From Gemmatimonadales bacterium (GTDB lineage: Bacteria > Gemmatimonadota > Gemmatimonadetes > Gemmatimonadales > GWC2-71-9), in NCBI GenBank assembly GCA_051955835.1, contig JBQCGH010000110.1, forward strand, positions 39 through 64,038: 64,000 bases of DNA, read 5' to 3'. The translations under genes and the position numbers were made by a program. The notes beneath the pieces were generated by a model. That model did no database searches. It had not been told where the DNA came from and worked only from the letters and a program-made list of their open reading frames with translations. Shown here piece by piece: positions 30,735-38,531 of the stretch. Positions within the stretch are counted from its first letter, which is position 1, and each line of letters opens with the position of its first letter.

Positions 30735-31724
30735 CTAGATTCGCTCGCGGACTCGATAGGCCCGCCGATGCGGCGAGCGCAGGTGTACGATGATCTCACC
30801 GACGAGACCGAGACCCATGAGCTGAACGCCGAGCGCGACCAGGAGAACCGCGAGGAGCAGGAGCGGGCGATTCGCAATCGCCTGGCCTTCGAGGCGCTGA
30901 ACCAACAGGACGAGGCTCACCGCCGCGCCCAGCCCGAAGAAGACGGTGCCCACGAGGCCGAAGAACCGGAGCGGTTTCTCGGTAAACTTGGCGAGAAAGA
31001 AGAACGCCGCGACATCCAGCAGCCGCCTCACGTAGACGCCGGGCCCGTAGATGCGGGTCCGGGCGTCGCCGGGGTGCTGGGGGACATCGACCTCCTCGAC
31101 CCGGTACCCCTCGCGCAAGGCCAACGCGGGAATGAACCGGTGCAGATCGCCGTAGAGCGGCAGCGCCTCGGCTACCGGTCGCCGAATGGCGCGTGCTCCG
31201 CAGGCCATGTCGTGGAACCGCTGGTCGCTCGCTCCTCCGACCATCCGCTGGAACGCCCGTGACTGGAGGCGGTTGAACCAACTGTCCACCCGGGGAGAGC
31301 GGTTCGCGACCACCATGTCGGCCCCCCCGCCCAGCGCATCGAGCAGCGGGCCAATGCCCTCGGCCTGGATTTGGAAATACGCCGGCAACGTGAGGATCAC
31401 GTCACCGCGACTCCGCTCGATGCCCAGCCGGAGCGCCGCGGTTTCGCCAAAGGTCCGGGCAAATGACAGCAGTCGAACCGGCTCGCCGGCATTGCTCAGC
31501 GCAATCAGGTCGGGAGGCGCTGTGAATCCGCCGTCGAAGACGAAGACGAACTCGTACTCCTCCCCGCGCCGATCGAGCTCCATCGCGAAGGCGCGGTAGA
31601 GCGGGACTAGATCGTCCACTCGCTCGACCACGGGAACCACCACGGAGACGAGTCGCGTCCCGGTGGACTCGGGCTCCGGCGAGGTTTCGGCCGTCAGCTC
31701 CATGAGCGTGCCCTCGGCGGTCAT
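30735..31724 (-). CDS. GT2 ArnC/DPM-synthase-like protein with degenerate catalytic motifs
   Basis: SVVVPV, LYGDLHRFIP and two C-terminal TMs, but VFDGG and TLPAYFQ replace DDGS and DxDLQ. Confidence 0.8.
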   Translation of the reverse strand: MTAEGTLMELTAETSPEPESTGTRLVSVVVPVVERVDDLVPLYRAFAMELDRRGEEYEFVFVFDGGFTAPPDLIALSNAGEPVRLLSFARTFGETAALRLGIERSRGDVILTLPAYFQIQAEGIGPLLDALGGGADMVVANRSPRVDSWFNRLQSRAFQRMVGGASDQRFHDMACGARAIRRPVAEALPLYGDLHRFIPALALREGYRVEEVDVPQHPGDARTRIYGPGVYVRRLLDVAAFFFLAKFTEKPLRFFGLVGTVFFGLGAAVSLVLLVQRLEGQAIANRPLLLLAVLLVALGVQLMGLGLVGEIIVHLRSPHRRAYRVRERI

Positions 31725-31726
31725 GA

Positions 31727-32665
31727 TCAGTGCACCTCGCAGGCGGTCGGCGTCTCGCGGGCACTTTCGCGCTCGCTGCTGAGCGCGACCTCCGCGACTA
31801 GGCCGAGCATGGTCAGATAAAAGGCGGCGGCGAGCCAGAGCACTGCTGCGCCGGGAAACACCACCGCGTCGGCCTTGAAGGGCGCGAAATGGGTGGCGGC
31901 GTATCCCCAAAGCACGGCGAAAACGCCGGCCGCGAACACCATCGGAACCGACGCGACCGCGAAGCCCACGAGTGGGCGCGAGCGAAAGGTCGTGATCATC
32001 TTCAACGTGATCAGATCGACCAGTACCTTGACCGTCCGGCTGATGCCGTACTTGCTCTCGCCGAAGCGGCGCGCGTGGTGACGAACCGGCAGTTCGGTGA
32101 TGCGGGCACCGACGCTCGCGGACAACGCCGGAATGAAGCGGTGCTGCTCGGCGTAGAGCGAGATCCGGTCCAGCAGCTCGCGCCGATAGGCCTTGAGCGA
32201 GCACCCGTTATCCGTGATCGGCACACCGGTCAGTCTCCGGATCAGCCGATTGGCGACCCACGAGGGAACCTTGCGAAGGATCAGCTTGTCCTGCCGCCGC
32301 TGGCGCCAACCGCAGACCAGGTCGTAACCCTCATCCAGCTTGGCGATGAGCATCGGAATGTCCCGCGGGTCATTCTGCAGGTCACCGTCGAGGCTGACCA
32401 CGACGCGGCCCCGGGCGTGATCGAAGCCCGCCATCATGGCGGCGGTCTGCCCCACGTTCCGGCCCAGCCGAAGCCCGTGCACCGGCGGGTGGGCTTTCGC
32501 CATGTCGGCAATCCGAGACCAGGTATCGTCCCGGCTGCCGTCGTCCACCAGGATCACCTCGTAGGTGCCTGCGTAGGCGGCCAGGGCCTCCAGGATCCAC
32601 TCCACGAGGGGCTGGACGTTTTCCGACTCGTTGTAGAGCGGCGCGACTACCGACAGATCCGGCAT
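31727..32665 (-). CDS. GT2 ArnC/DPM-synthase-like polyprenyl-phosphate glycosyltransferase
   Basis: SVVAPLYNE, VDDGSRD, RNVGQTAA, LDGDLQNDP, HRFIP, GESKYG, C-terminal TMs. Confidence 0.9.
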   Translation of the reverse strand: MPDLSVVAPLYNESENVQPLVEWILEALAAYAGTYEVILVDDGSRDDTWSRIADMAKAHPPVHGLRLGRNVGQTAAMMAGFDHARGRVVVSLDGDLQNDPRDIPMLIAKLDEGYDLVCGWRQRRQDKLILRKVPSWVANRLIRRLTGVPITDNGCSLKAYRRELLDRISLYAEQHRFIPALSASVGARITELPVRHHARRFGESKYGISRTVKVLVDLITLKMITTFRSRPLVGFAVASVPMVFAAGVFAVLWGYAATHFAPFKADAVVFPGAAVLWLAAAFYLTMLGLVAEVALSSERESARETPTACEVH

Positions 32666-32726
32666 GCTCTCTCGTTGAGGTGCGCTCGTCAGCGTTCGAA
32701 GATAGACCTGGCGGGACCGAGCCTCC

Positions 32727-32742
32727 AGCAATGGCCGTTCCG
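32727..32742 (-). promoter_or_regulatory. Putative sigma54 promoter of the GT2-led operon
   Basis: Minus strand CGGAAC-GGCCA-TTGCT with correct GG-N10-GC spacing; IHF-like tract 32768-32793 and perfect inverted repeat 32793-32812 upstream. Confidence 0.6.
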
Positions 32743-32890
32743 CGCCAGCCGACCACAAGCTTGCCGGATAATCATTTGCCAACAAACGACTTGAGCCTCG
32801 CACGCGAGGCTCTCGGCCGGGGGTCCACCGCGAATTTTGCGAGTGTGATGCTCGGATGCAACAGAGGGCGGCCGACGCGATCTGGCGGTC

Positions 32891-33658
32891 TTACCAGCCG
32901 CCCCGGCGAAAGAGCATGACCGGGATGGTCTTGAGCATGATCCGGACGTCTTCCCGCAAGCTCCGGCGCCGGATGTACTCGAGATCGAAGCTCACCTTGG
33001 TACGCACGTCATCGAGACACCGGTCATAGAGCATGCTGATCTGGGCCAGCCCGGTGATGCCGGGCTTGGCCCGCTGGCGCAGCGGATACTCGGCGATGTG
33101 GCTGCGCAGCTCGGCGAAGATGGTCGGTCGCTCGGGGCGCGGCCCGACGATGTTCATCTCGCCCTTGAGCACGTTGATGAGCTGCGGGAGCTCGTCCAGC
33201 CGATACTGACGCAGGACGCGCCCCAGCGCCGTCACCCGGGGATCGGTTGGCGTCGCCCAGACCGCCCCGGAGAGCCGTTCCGCGTCCACCTGCATCGTGC
33301 GGAACTTGTAGATCGTGAACGGCCGGCCGCCAAGATCATGGTTGCGGCGGTGATTGAGCCCGCCCGCGCCCGAGAGGCGCCGATCGAGGCCGACGCGCTC
33401 CTGGGTGTAGAACACCGGGCCGCGCGAGGTGAGCTTGATGAGGATGGCAAGCAGCACGAATACCGGAGCCAGCGCGATGACGGCGGCGAGCGCCACGAGG
33501 AAGTGCAGCGTGCGCTGCGACCAGGCGGACGATCGCCTCGGGAGTGCCCGGCTGACCCGAACAACAACGGCTCGCGTGTAGGCGCGCGTCCATCCACGCC
33601 GCGGCGCGAGCGAGGCCGACACCTGGCGCCGGCGGACTCCTGAAGTTGCTGTTCCCAT
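32891..33658 (-). CDS. Priming sugar transferase (Bac_transf; WcaJ/WbaP C-terminal type)
   Basis: GPVFYTQERVG, IYKFRTM, DPRVT..G..LR.YRLDELPQL.NVLKGEMNIVGPRPERP. Confidence 0.93.
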   Translation of the reverse strand: MGTATSGVRRRQVSASLAPRRGWTRAYTRAVVVRVSRALPRRSSAWSQRTLHFLVALAAVIALAPVFVLLAILIKLTSRGPVFYTQERVGLDRRLSGAGGLNHRRNHDLGGRPFTIYKFRTMQVDAERLSGAVWATPTDPRVTALGRVLRQYRLDELPQLINVLKGEMNIVGPRPERPTIFAELRSHIAEYPLRQRAKPGITGLAQISMLYDRCLDDVRTKVSFDLEYIRRRSLREDVRIMLKTIPVMLFRRGGW

Positions 33659-33712
33659 GCGCTGGATACGTGCTCGTGGCCAGAGTTGTCTGACGAGGGC
33701 CTGCTGGTCGCT

Positions 33713-33755
33713 AGGTTAATCGATCGCCGCACTCGCCATTGTGACGCCTCTCACC
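33713..33755 (-). promoter_or_regulatory. Class II CRP/FNR-type promoter of the priming transferase
   Basis: TGTGA-cgcctc-TCACC (33740-33755) centred about -41.5 relative to minus-strand -10 TAACCT (33718-33713). Confidence 0.6.
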
Positions 33756-33769
33756 AACGCGCGCTCGCC

Positions 33770-34033
33770 TCACGATCGACGACGCGGTGCCGGCGGTCGG
33801 GTCCTGGTCAATAGCGGATGCTGCAGCTCTCCCAGCCCGAAGCTCGCAAGCCACTGGCTGAAACGGGAGCGCTCGACACTCGGCTCCGTCGGCGACGTCT
33901 CAGGCGCCGACGGCGCCGCGTCGCTGTTGGCCGCGGCGCTCTGGGTCGTCACCGGATCCGGTTCTGACTGCTGTGTCATACGCTCGACGTCCACGTGAGG
34001 GCTGGGGGAGGCCACGAGGGACGTCGAGCTCAT
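33770..34033 (-). CDS. Hypothetical small, mostly low-complexity protein
   Basis: Open frame filling the gap; only FSQWLASFGLGELQHPLL looks structured; may be spurious. Confidence 0.3.
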   Translation of the reverse strand: MSSTSLVASPSPHVDVERMTQQSEPDPVTTQSAAANSDAAPSAPETSPTEPSVERSRFSQWLASFGLGELQHPLLTRTRPPAPRRRS

Positions 34034-34407
34034 GTTCAAGGATGACGCCGCAAATTTCGGCGGTAGGCCCGTGGGGGGGTCTGCGGCGACACCCCAATCT
34101 AAGGCATTGTTCAGTAGAGTGTTAGGGGTTATCCTCGGAACCACGGCCGCCGGCGGCCCTAATGCAGCCCGTTGCTGCGGAACCACAGCGCGTCACGCTC
34201 CGCCGCAACACTGACCGCGGCCCTGGCCGTAGCGCGATGTCCCGCAAAGTGTTGCGCCCAGTCCGCGGTCCGCGGTGGGATCGCCGATCAAGCCAGCTAC
34301 AATCGCATGGGGTCGTACAACTTAACCTAGTCCGGGCCAGCCGCACGAGTCCTGCATTCGGCGTCCGCGCGGATCGATTCCCGGCTCACCTCACTACGGC
34401 CAACGGC

Positions 34408-35358
34408 ATGGCAAATCGAGACAAGGCGCCAGCCCCCCTCGTGCTGATCGCGAACGACCAAGAATGGTCGGCGCGCTCCATCGAGAGCATTCTGGGTCCG
34501 AACGGCTACTCCGTCGTTCGTGCGTACACCGGCCAGCAGGCGCTCGAACGTGCCCGGTCCGCGCATCCCGACATCATCATCCTCGACGCGCAGATGCCCG
34601 ACATGCACGGGTTCGATGTCTGCCGAGCGCTCCGCAGCGACTCGCGCTTCAGCGTCACCACCCCGATCGTGATCACCACGTCGGGTCCCTCCGGGCGCAC
34701 GCAGCGGCTCGAGGCGTATCGCGCGGGGGCCTGGGAGTTTCTGGGCCAACCGCTCGACGGCGAGGCGCTGCTGCTCAAGCTCGCCACCTTCCTTCAGTCC
34801 AAGCAGCAGGTGGATATCCTCCGCGAGGAAAATCTGCTGGACTCGGGTACGGGGCTGTACAACATGCGGGGGCTCGCGCGCCGCGCGCGGGAGATCGGCG
34901 CGGACGCTATTCGCCGGCGCGAGGCCTTGGCCTGCGTCGTGTTCGCGCCCGACGCCGAGGACAGCAGCGAAGACGAGTCGCCGAGCGACGAGCAGTTACG
35001 ATTGTCGGATCAGGTCGGGGCGGTGTTCCGGCAGGTCGGCCGTGGCTCGGATGCCATCGGTCGCCTCGGACCGACGGAGTTTGCGGTCATCGCCCCGGCC
35101 ACCGCGGCGGACGGGGCCGTCCGGCTTGTGAGCCGCCTGGGCGAGGCGGTGGAGGCGACCCGGATTCCGGTCCGAGGCGGCGAGCGATCCCTTCGTGTGA
35201 AGGCAGGTTATTGCGCGGTTCCCGACTTCGCCGAGTCGGCCGTCGACGCAACAGAACTGCTGCTTCGTGCAACGACGGCGTTGCGGGACCTGCGTCGGAC
35301 GGGTGACGATGCGCGGATCCGCGCCTTCGAACAGGTGCCGCCTCAGTTCCCGAGCTAG
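34408..35358 (+). CDS. Atypical receiver domain plus degenerate GGDEF domain with intact I-site
   Basis: LIANDQ..ILDAQMPD..FLGQP receiver; DSGTGLYN; RGSD-AIGRL-GPTEF. Confidence 0.85.
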   Translation: MANRDKAPAPLVLIANDQEWSARSIESILGPNGYSVVRAYTGQQALERARSAHPDIIILDAQMPDMHGFDVCRALRSDSRFSVTTPIVITTSGPSGRTQRLEAYRAGAWEFLGQPLDGEALLLKLATFLQSKQQVDILREENLLDSGTGLYNMRGLARRAREIGADAIRRREALACVVFAPDAEDSSEDESPSDEQLRLSDQVGAVFRQVGRGSDAIGRLGPTEFAVIAPATAADGAVRLVSRLGEAVEATRIPVRGGERSLRVKAGYCAVPDFAESAVDATELLLRATTALRDLRRTGDDARIRAFEQVPPQFPS

Positions 35359-35429
35359 ACTCTAGATCGGCGTAAATGTAGCTTCGGCACCACGCTATGT
35401 TGCGCGAGCCGCGCCAGACCCTGTTGGTC

Positions 35430-35445
35430 TGGCGCGGCAATTGCT
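35430..35445 (+). promoter_or_regulatory. Sigma54 promoter of the bEBP-kinase operon
   Basis: TGGCGC-GGCAA-TTGCT, near consensus; overlaps TTGACA (35445-35450) and a perfect inverted repeat (35408-35438). Confidence 0.7.
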
Positions 35446-35575
35446 TGACAGTCGCCGCAACCTGTGGTACAGAACGTCACCGCGCCAAGACCGCCGATGT
35501 GTCAATCCATCACTCCGCGGCCTGGCAGCTACACATCCACAGACCGCCTCAAGCGGTCACGCCCAGGAGACCGAG

Positions 35576-37099
35576 ATGTCCAACCCGCTCGCCCAGCAGG
35601 AACGGTCGGGCGCCGCGGCCGCTGAGTCCGCGTCCCGCGATCCCTTTTCGATTCCGAGCGAGGTGAAGGCGAGCATCCGCGTGCTAGTCGTGGACGACGA
35701 ACGGACGCTGCGGGAGAGCTGCGCCAGCGTGCTCCAGATGGATGGCTACAACGTGACGCTGGTGGGGCGGGGGGAAGAGGCGTTGGACACGGTGAAGCGC
35801 CGCAAGTTCGATATCATCCTCGTCGACCTCTACATGTCACAGGTCTCCGGGCTCGACATCCTGCGCTCGGCGCTTCAGGCGTTCAAAGACACGATCGTGG
35901 TCGTCATGACCGGCAATCCGAGCGTCACGAGCAGCATCGAAGCGCTCCGGGCCGGTGCCTGGGACTACCTGCCCAAGCCGTTCAGTGCCACCCATCTCCA
36001 GGTGCTCATCGGGCGCGCCTCGCACGCTGTGACCATGTCCCGCGAGGCCCAGGATCTGCGCGTCCAGCTCATGAAGCAGCATGGACACAGCGACAAGATC
36101 GCCCTGATCGGGATCTCGCCGCTGTTCCGCCAGGCGGTGGATCTGGCACGCAAGGTGGCCGGGACTGACGCCTCCGTCTTTATCAGTGGGGAGAGCGGGA
36201 CCGGCAAAGAGGTTATTGCCCAGTTCATTCACCAGAACAGTCGCCGGGCGGGCCGGGCGCTGGTGCCTATCAACTGCGCGGCGTTGCCCGAACCCCTGCT
36301 CGAGAGCGAGATGTTCGGCCACCGGAAGGGCGCCTTCACCGGAGCCGACCGCGACAAGCCCGGCCTCCTCGAGACCGCCAACGGCGGCACGCTGTTCCTC
36401 GACGAGCTCACGGAAATGTCGATGCCGCTGCAGGCCAAGCTGCTGCGCGTCATTCAGGACGGGGTGGTCCGGCGCGTGGGCAGCGAGCAGCACGACGCGG
36501 TGGTGGACGTTCGCTTCATCTCCGCCACCAACCGAGAGCCGCAGGACGCGGTGGATTCCGGCGTGCTTCGGGGCGATCTCTTCTACCGGCTTCGCGTCGT
36601 GCCCATCAAGCTGCCGCCGCTTCGCAAGCGGCCGGAGGACATCCCGCTGCTCGCCAACCATTTTCTCACCGTCTACTGGCAGCGCCACCGTCAGATGGGC
36701 GACCGCGTGCCCCGGCTCAGCGACGGCAGCATCGCCTTCTTGCGTTCGAGACCCTGGCGAGGCAACGTTCGTGAACTCCAGAATGTCATCGAGCATGTGG
36801 CGGTGCTGGCTGAACCCGACCAGATTATTCAGCCGAACGACATTCCAGTGTACGACGATGGGTCGGAATGGCCGACGGAAAATGTGGCGACCGCCGGTGT
36901 CATGGATGAAGCCTACCACACCGCGAAGGACCGCGTCGTGGCGCAGTTCGAAAAGGAGTATCTGACCCGCCTGGTCACCCGCGCCGGCGGCAACATGTCG
37001 AAGGCTGCCCGCCTGGCGAGCATCGACCGGACTACGCTGTACCGCCTCATGGACAAACACGCCTTCCACCGCGACGAGAGCCAAGGGTCTCCTGAGTGA
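35576..37099 (+). CDS. Sigma54-dependent response regulator (NtrC/AtoC family)
   Basis: VVDDE receiver, GESGTGKE, ESEMFGHRKGAFTGA, LFLDE, WRGNVRELQN, Fis HTH. Confidence 0.93.
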   Translation: MSNPLAQQERSGAAAAESASRDPFSIPSEVKASIRVLVVDDERTLRESCASVLQMDGYNVTLVGRGEEALDTVKRRKFDIILVDLYMSQVSGLDILRSALQAFKDTIVVVMTGNPSVTSSIEALRAGAWDYLPKPFSATHLQVLIGRASHAVTMSREAQDLRVQLMKQHGHSDKIALIGISPLFRQAVDLARKVAGTDASVFISGESGTGKEVIAQFIHQNSRRAGRALVPINCAALPEPLLESEMFGHRKGAFTGADRDKPGLLETANGGTLFLDELTEMSMPLQAKLLRVIQDGVVRRVGSEQHDAVVDVRFISATNREPQDAVDSGVLRGDLFYRLRVVPIKLPPLRKRPEDIPLLANHFLTVYWQRHRQMGDRVPRLSDGSIAFLRSRPWRGNVRELQNVIEHVAVLAEPDQIIQPNDIPVYDDGSEWPTENVATAGVMDEAYHTAKDRVVAQFEKEYLTRLVTRAGGNMSKAARLASIDRTTLYRLMDKHAFHRDESQGSPE

Positions 37100-38268
37100 C
37101 CCCCGAGACCGCCCTGCCCGGAACGACGAGCGGCGAGCGCCGCCGGGCAACGGCGGCGGGCGGCGCGCCGGTCCGGGTGTGGGATCCCGATCTGCCGACG
37201 GGCGGAGCCATTGCGACCCCGCTCTGGGATGCGCTCCGGGATGCCGTGCTCTGGGCGCAGGCGGAATGGGAGCGAGCCGTCGAACACGCGGCAGGCATGG
37301 ATGAGGTCACGGCGCACCTCGCGCAGCTCAGCGCGGCGATCCGCCAGCAGGCGGCCGGCCAGAACCCCGACCTCAGCGTCCTCCCGAGAAATCCGCTCTC
37401 CCGACGCCTGGTCGGCCTGGTTCGCGCATCGTTCCTGGAGCGCGCGCAGGCGTTGCCGGCACCGGAGCCGGGCCAGTTGCTGCGCATGCTGGGCGCGGTG
37501 GAGGCCGTGAGCCAGCGGCTCGAGGCCGACTGGTCCCAGCACTTTGCCGACCGACTGTCCGGGCCCGACGGGCTGGAGCTGGTCGTCGAGGTGGCGCACG
37601 ATCTCCGCTCGCCGCTCACGTCGATCCTGTTCCTGGCCGAGACACTGCAGCGCGCGCGGAGCGGCCCGGTGAATCCGGTTCAGGAGCGGCAGCTCGGTTT
37701 GATCTACAGCGCCGCCTTCGGACTGAGCTCAGTGGCCAGCGACGTGATCGAGCTCGCCCGCGGCGGCGACCGCCTGGTAGACCTCGATCCGATCCCCTTT
37801 TCGGTGACCGACATTCTCGAATCGGTGCGGGATATCGTGCAGCCGATTGCAGAGGAGAAGAGCCTCACGGTCAAGCTCGCGCCTCCCGAGGCCGATTTCC
37901 GGGTGGGGCATCCGGTCGCGCTGAGTCGGGTGCTGCTCAACCTCACGACCAATGCACTCAAGTTCACCGCGGAAGGTTTCGTGGAGGTAACGGCGCGCGA
38001 CGCCGGCGGTCGCAAGGTGGAGTTCTCGGTGCGGGACACGGGGCGCGGGATTCCGCCGCAGAGCATGGCTACCCTCTACGAGCCGTTCCGCCGTCGCCAG
38101 AAGCCCGGTGAGTATGCCTTCTCGGGGTCGGGACTCGGTCTCTCCATCTGCCGCAAGCTGGTCGAGGCCATGGGCTCGACTCTGGACGTGGAGACCGCCC
38201 CGGGGTACGGCACGCGCTTTCACTTCGTCCTCGACCTCCCGTTCGCGGGGGAGCCCCAGTTCGGCTGA
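37096..38268 (+). CDS. Cytoplasmic histidine kinase
   Basis: VAHDLRSPL, NLTTNALKFT, DTGRGI, GSGLGL; no TM segment; GTGA overlap. Confidence 0.9.
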   Translation: MTPETALPGTTSGERRRATAAGGAPVRVWDPDLPTGGAIATPLWDALRDAVLWAQAEWERAVEHAAGMDEVTAHLAQLSAAIRQQAAGQNPDLSVLPRNPLSRRLVGLVRASFLERAQALPAPEPGQLLRMLGAVEAVSQRLEADWSQHFADRLSGPDGLELVVEVAHDLRSPLTSILFLAETLQRARSGPVNPVQERQLGLIYSAAFGLSSVASDVIELARGGDRLVDLDPIPFSVTDILESVRDIVQPIAEEKSLTVKLAPPEADFRVGHPVALSRVLLNLTTNALKFTAEGFVEVTARDAGGRKVEFSVRDTGRGIPPQSMATLYEPFRRRQKPGEYAFSGSGLGLSICRKLVEAMGSTLDVETAPGYGTRFHFVLDLPFAGEPQFG

Positions 38269-38531
38269 GCACCCGCCCACTACCAGCGGCTCTCGTCCAC
38301 GGCTAGTTTCCTCCCGCACGCCACTTCCGGAACGTCCCGCTCGTTCGCCCGGCGACCCGGCCGACCCGCGTCGAGCCTCTGACGCACGCTCCTTCGGTGG
38401 TTCAGCAGACGACCCCTGGTGGGATCCCGGGTCCTCGCGCACTCCTCGCTGCCCTGCCGCTATTCCGGGTCCGGCCAGGCGCCTCGAGGGGGCCGGCGCG
38501 GGACCACGGATCCCGAAGAACCGAGCGCCAC

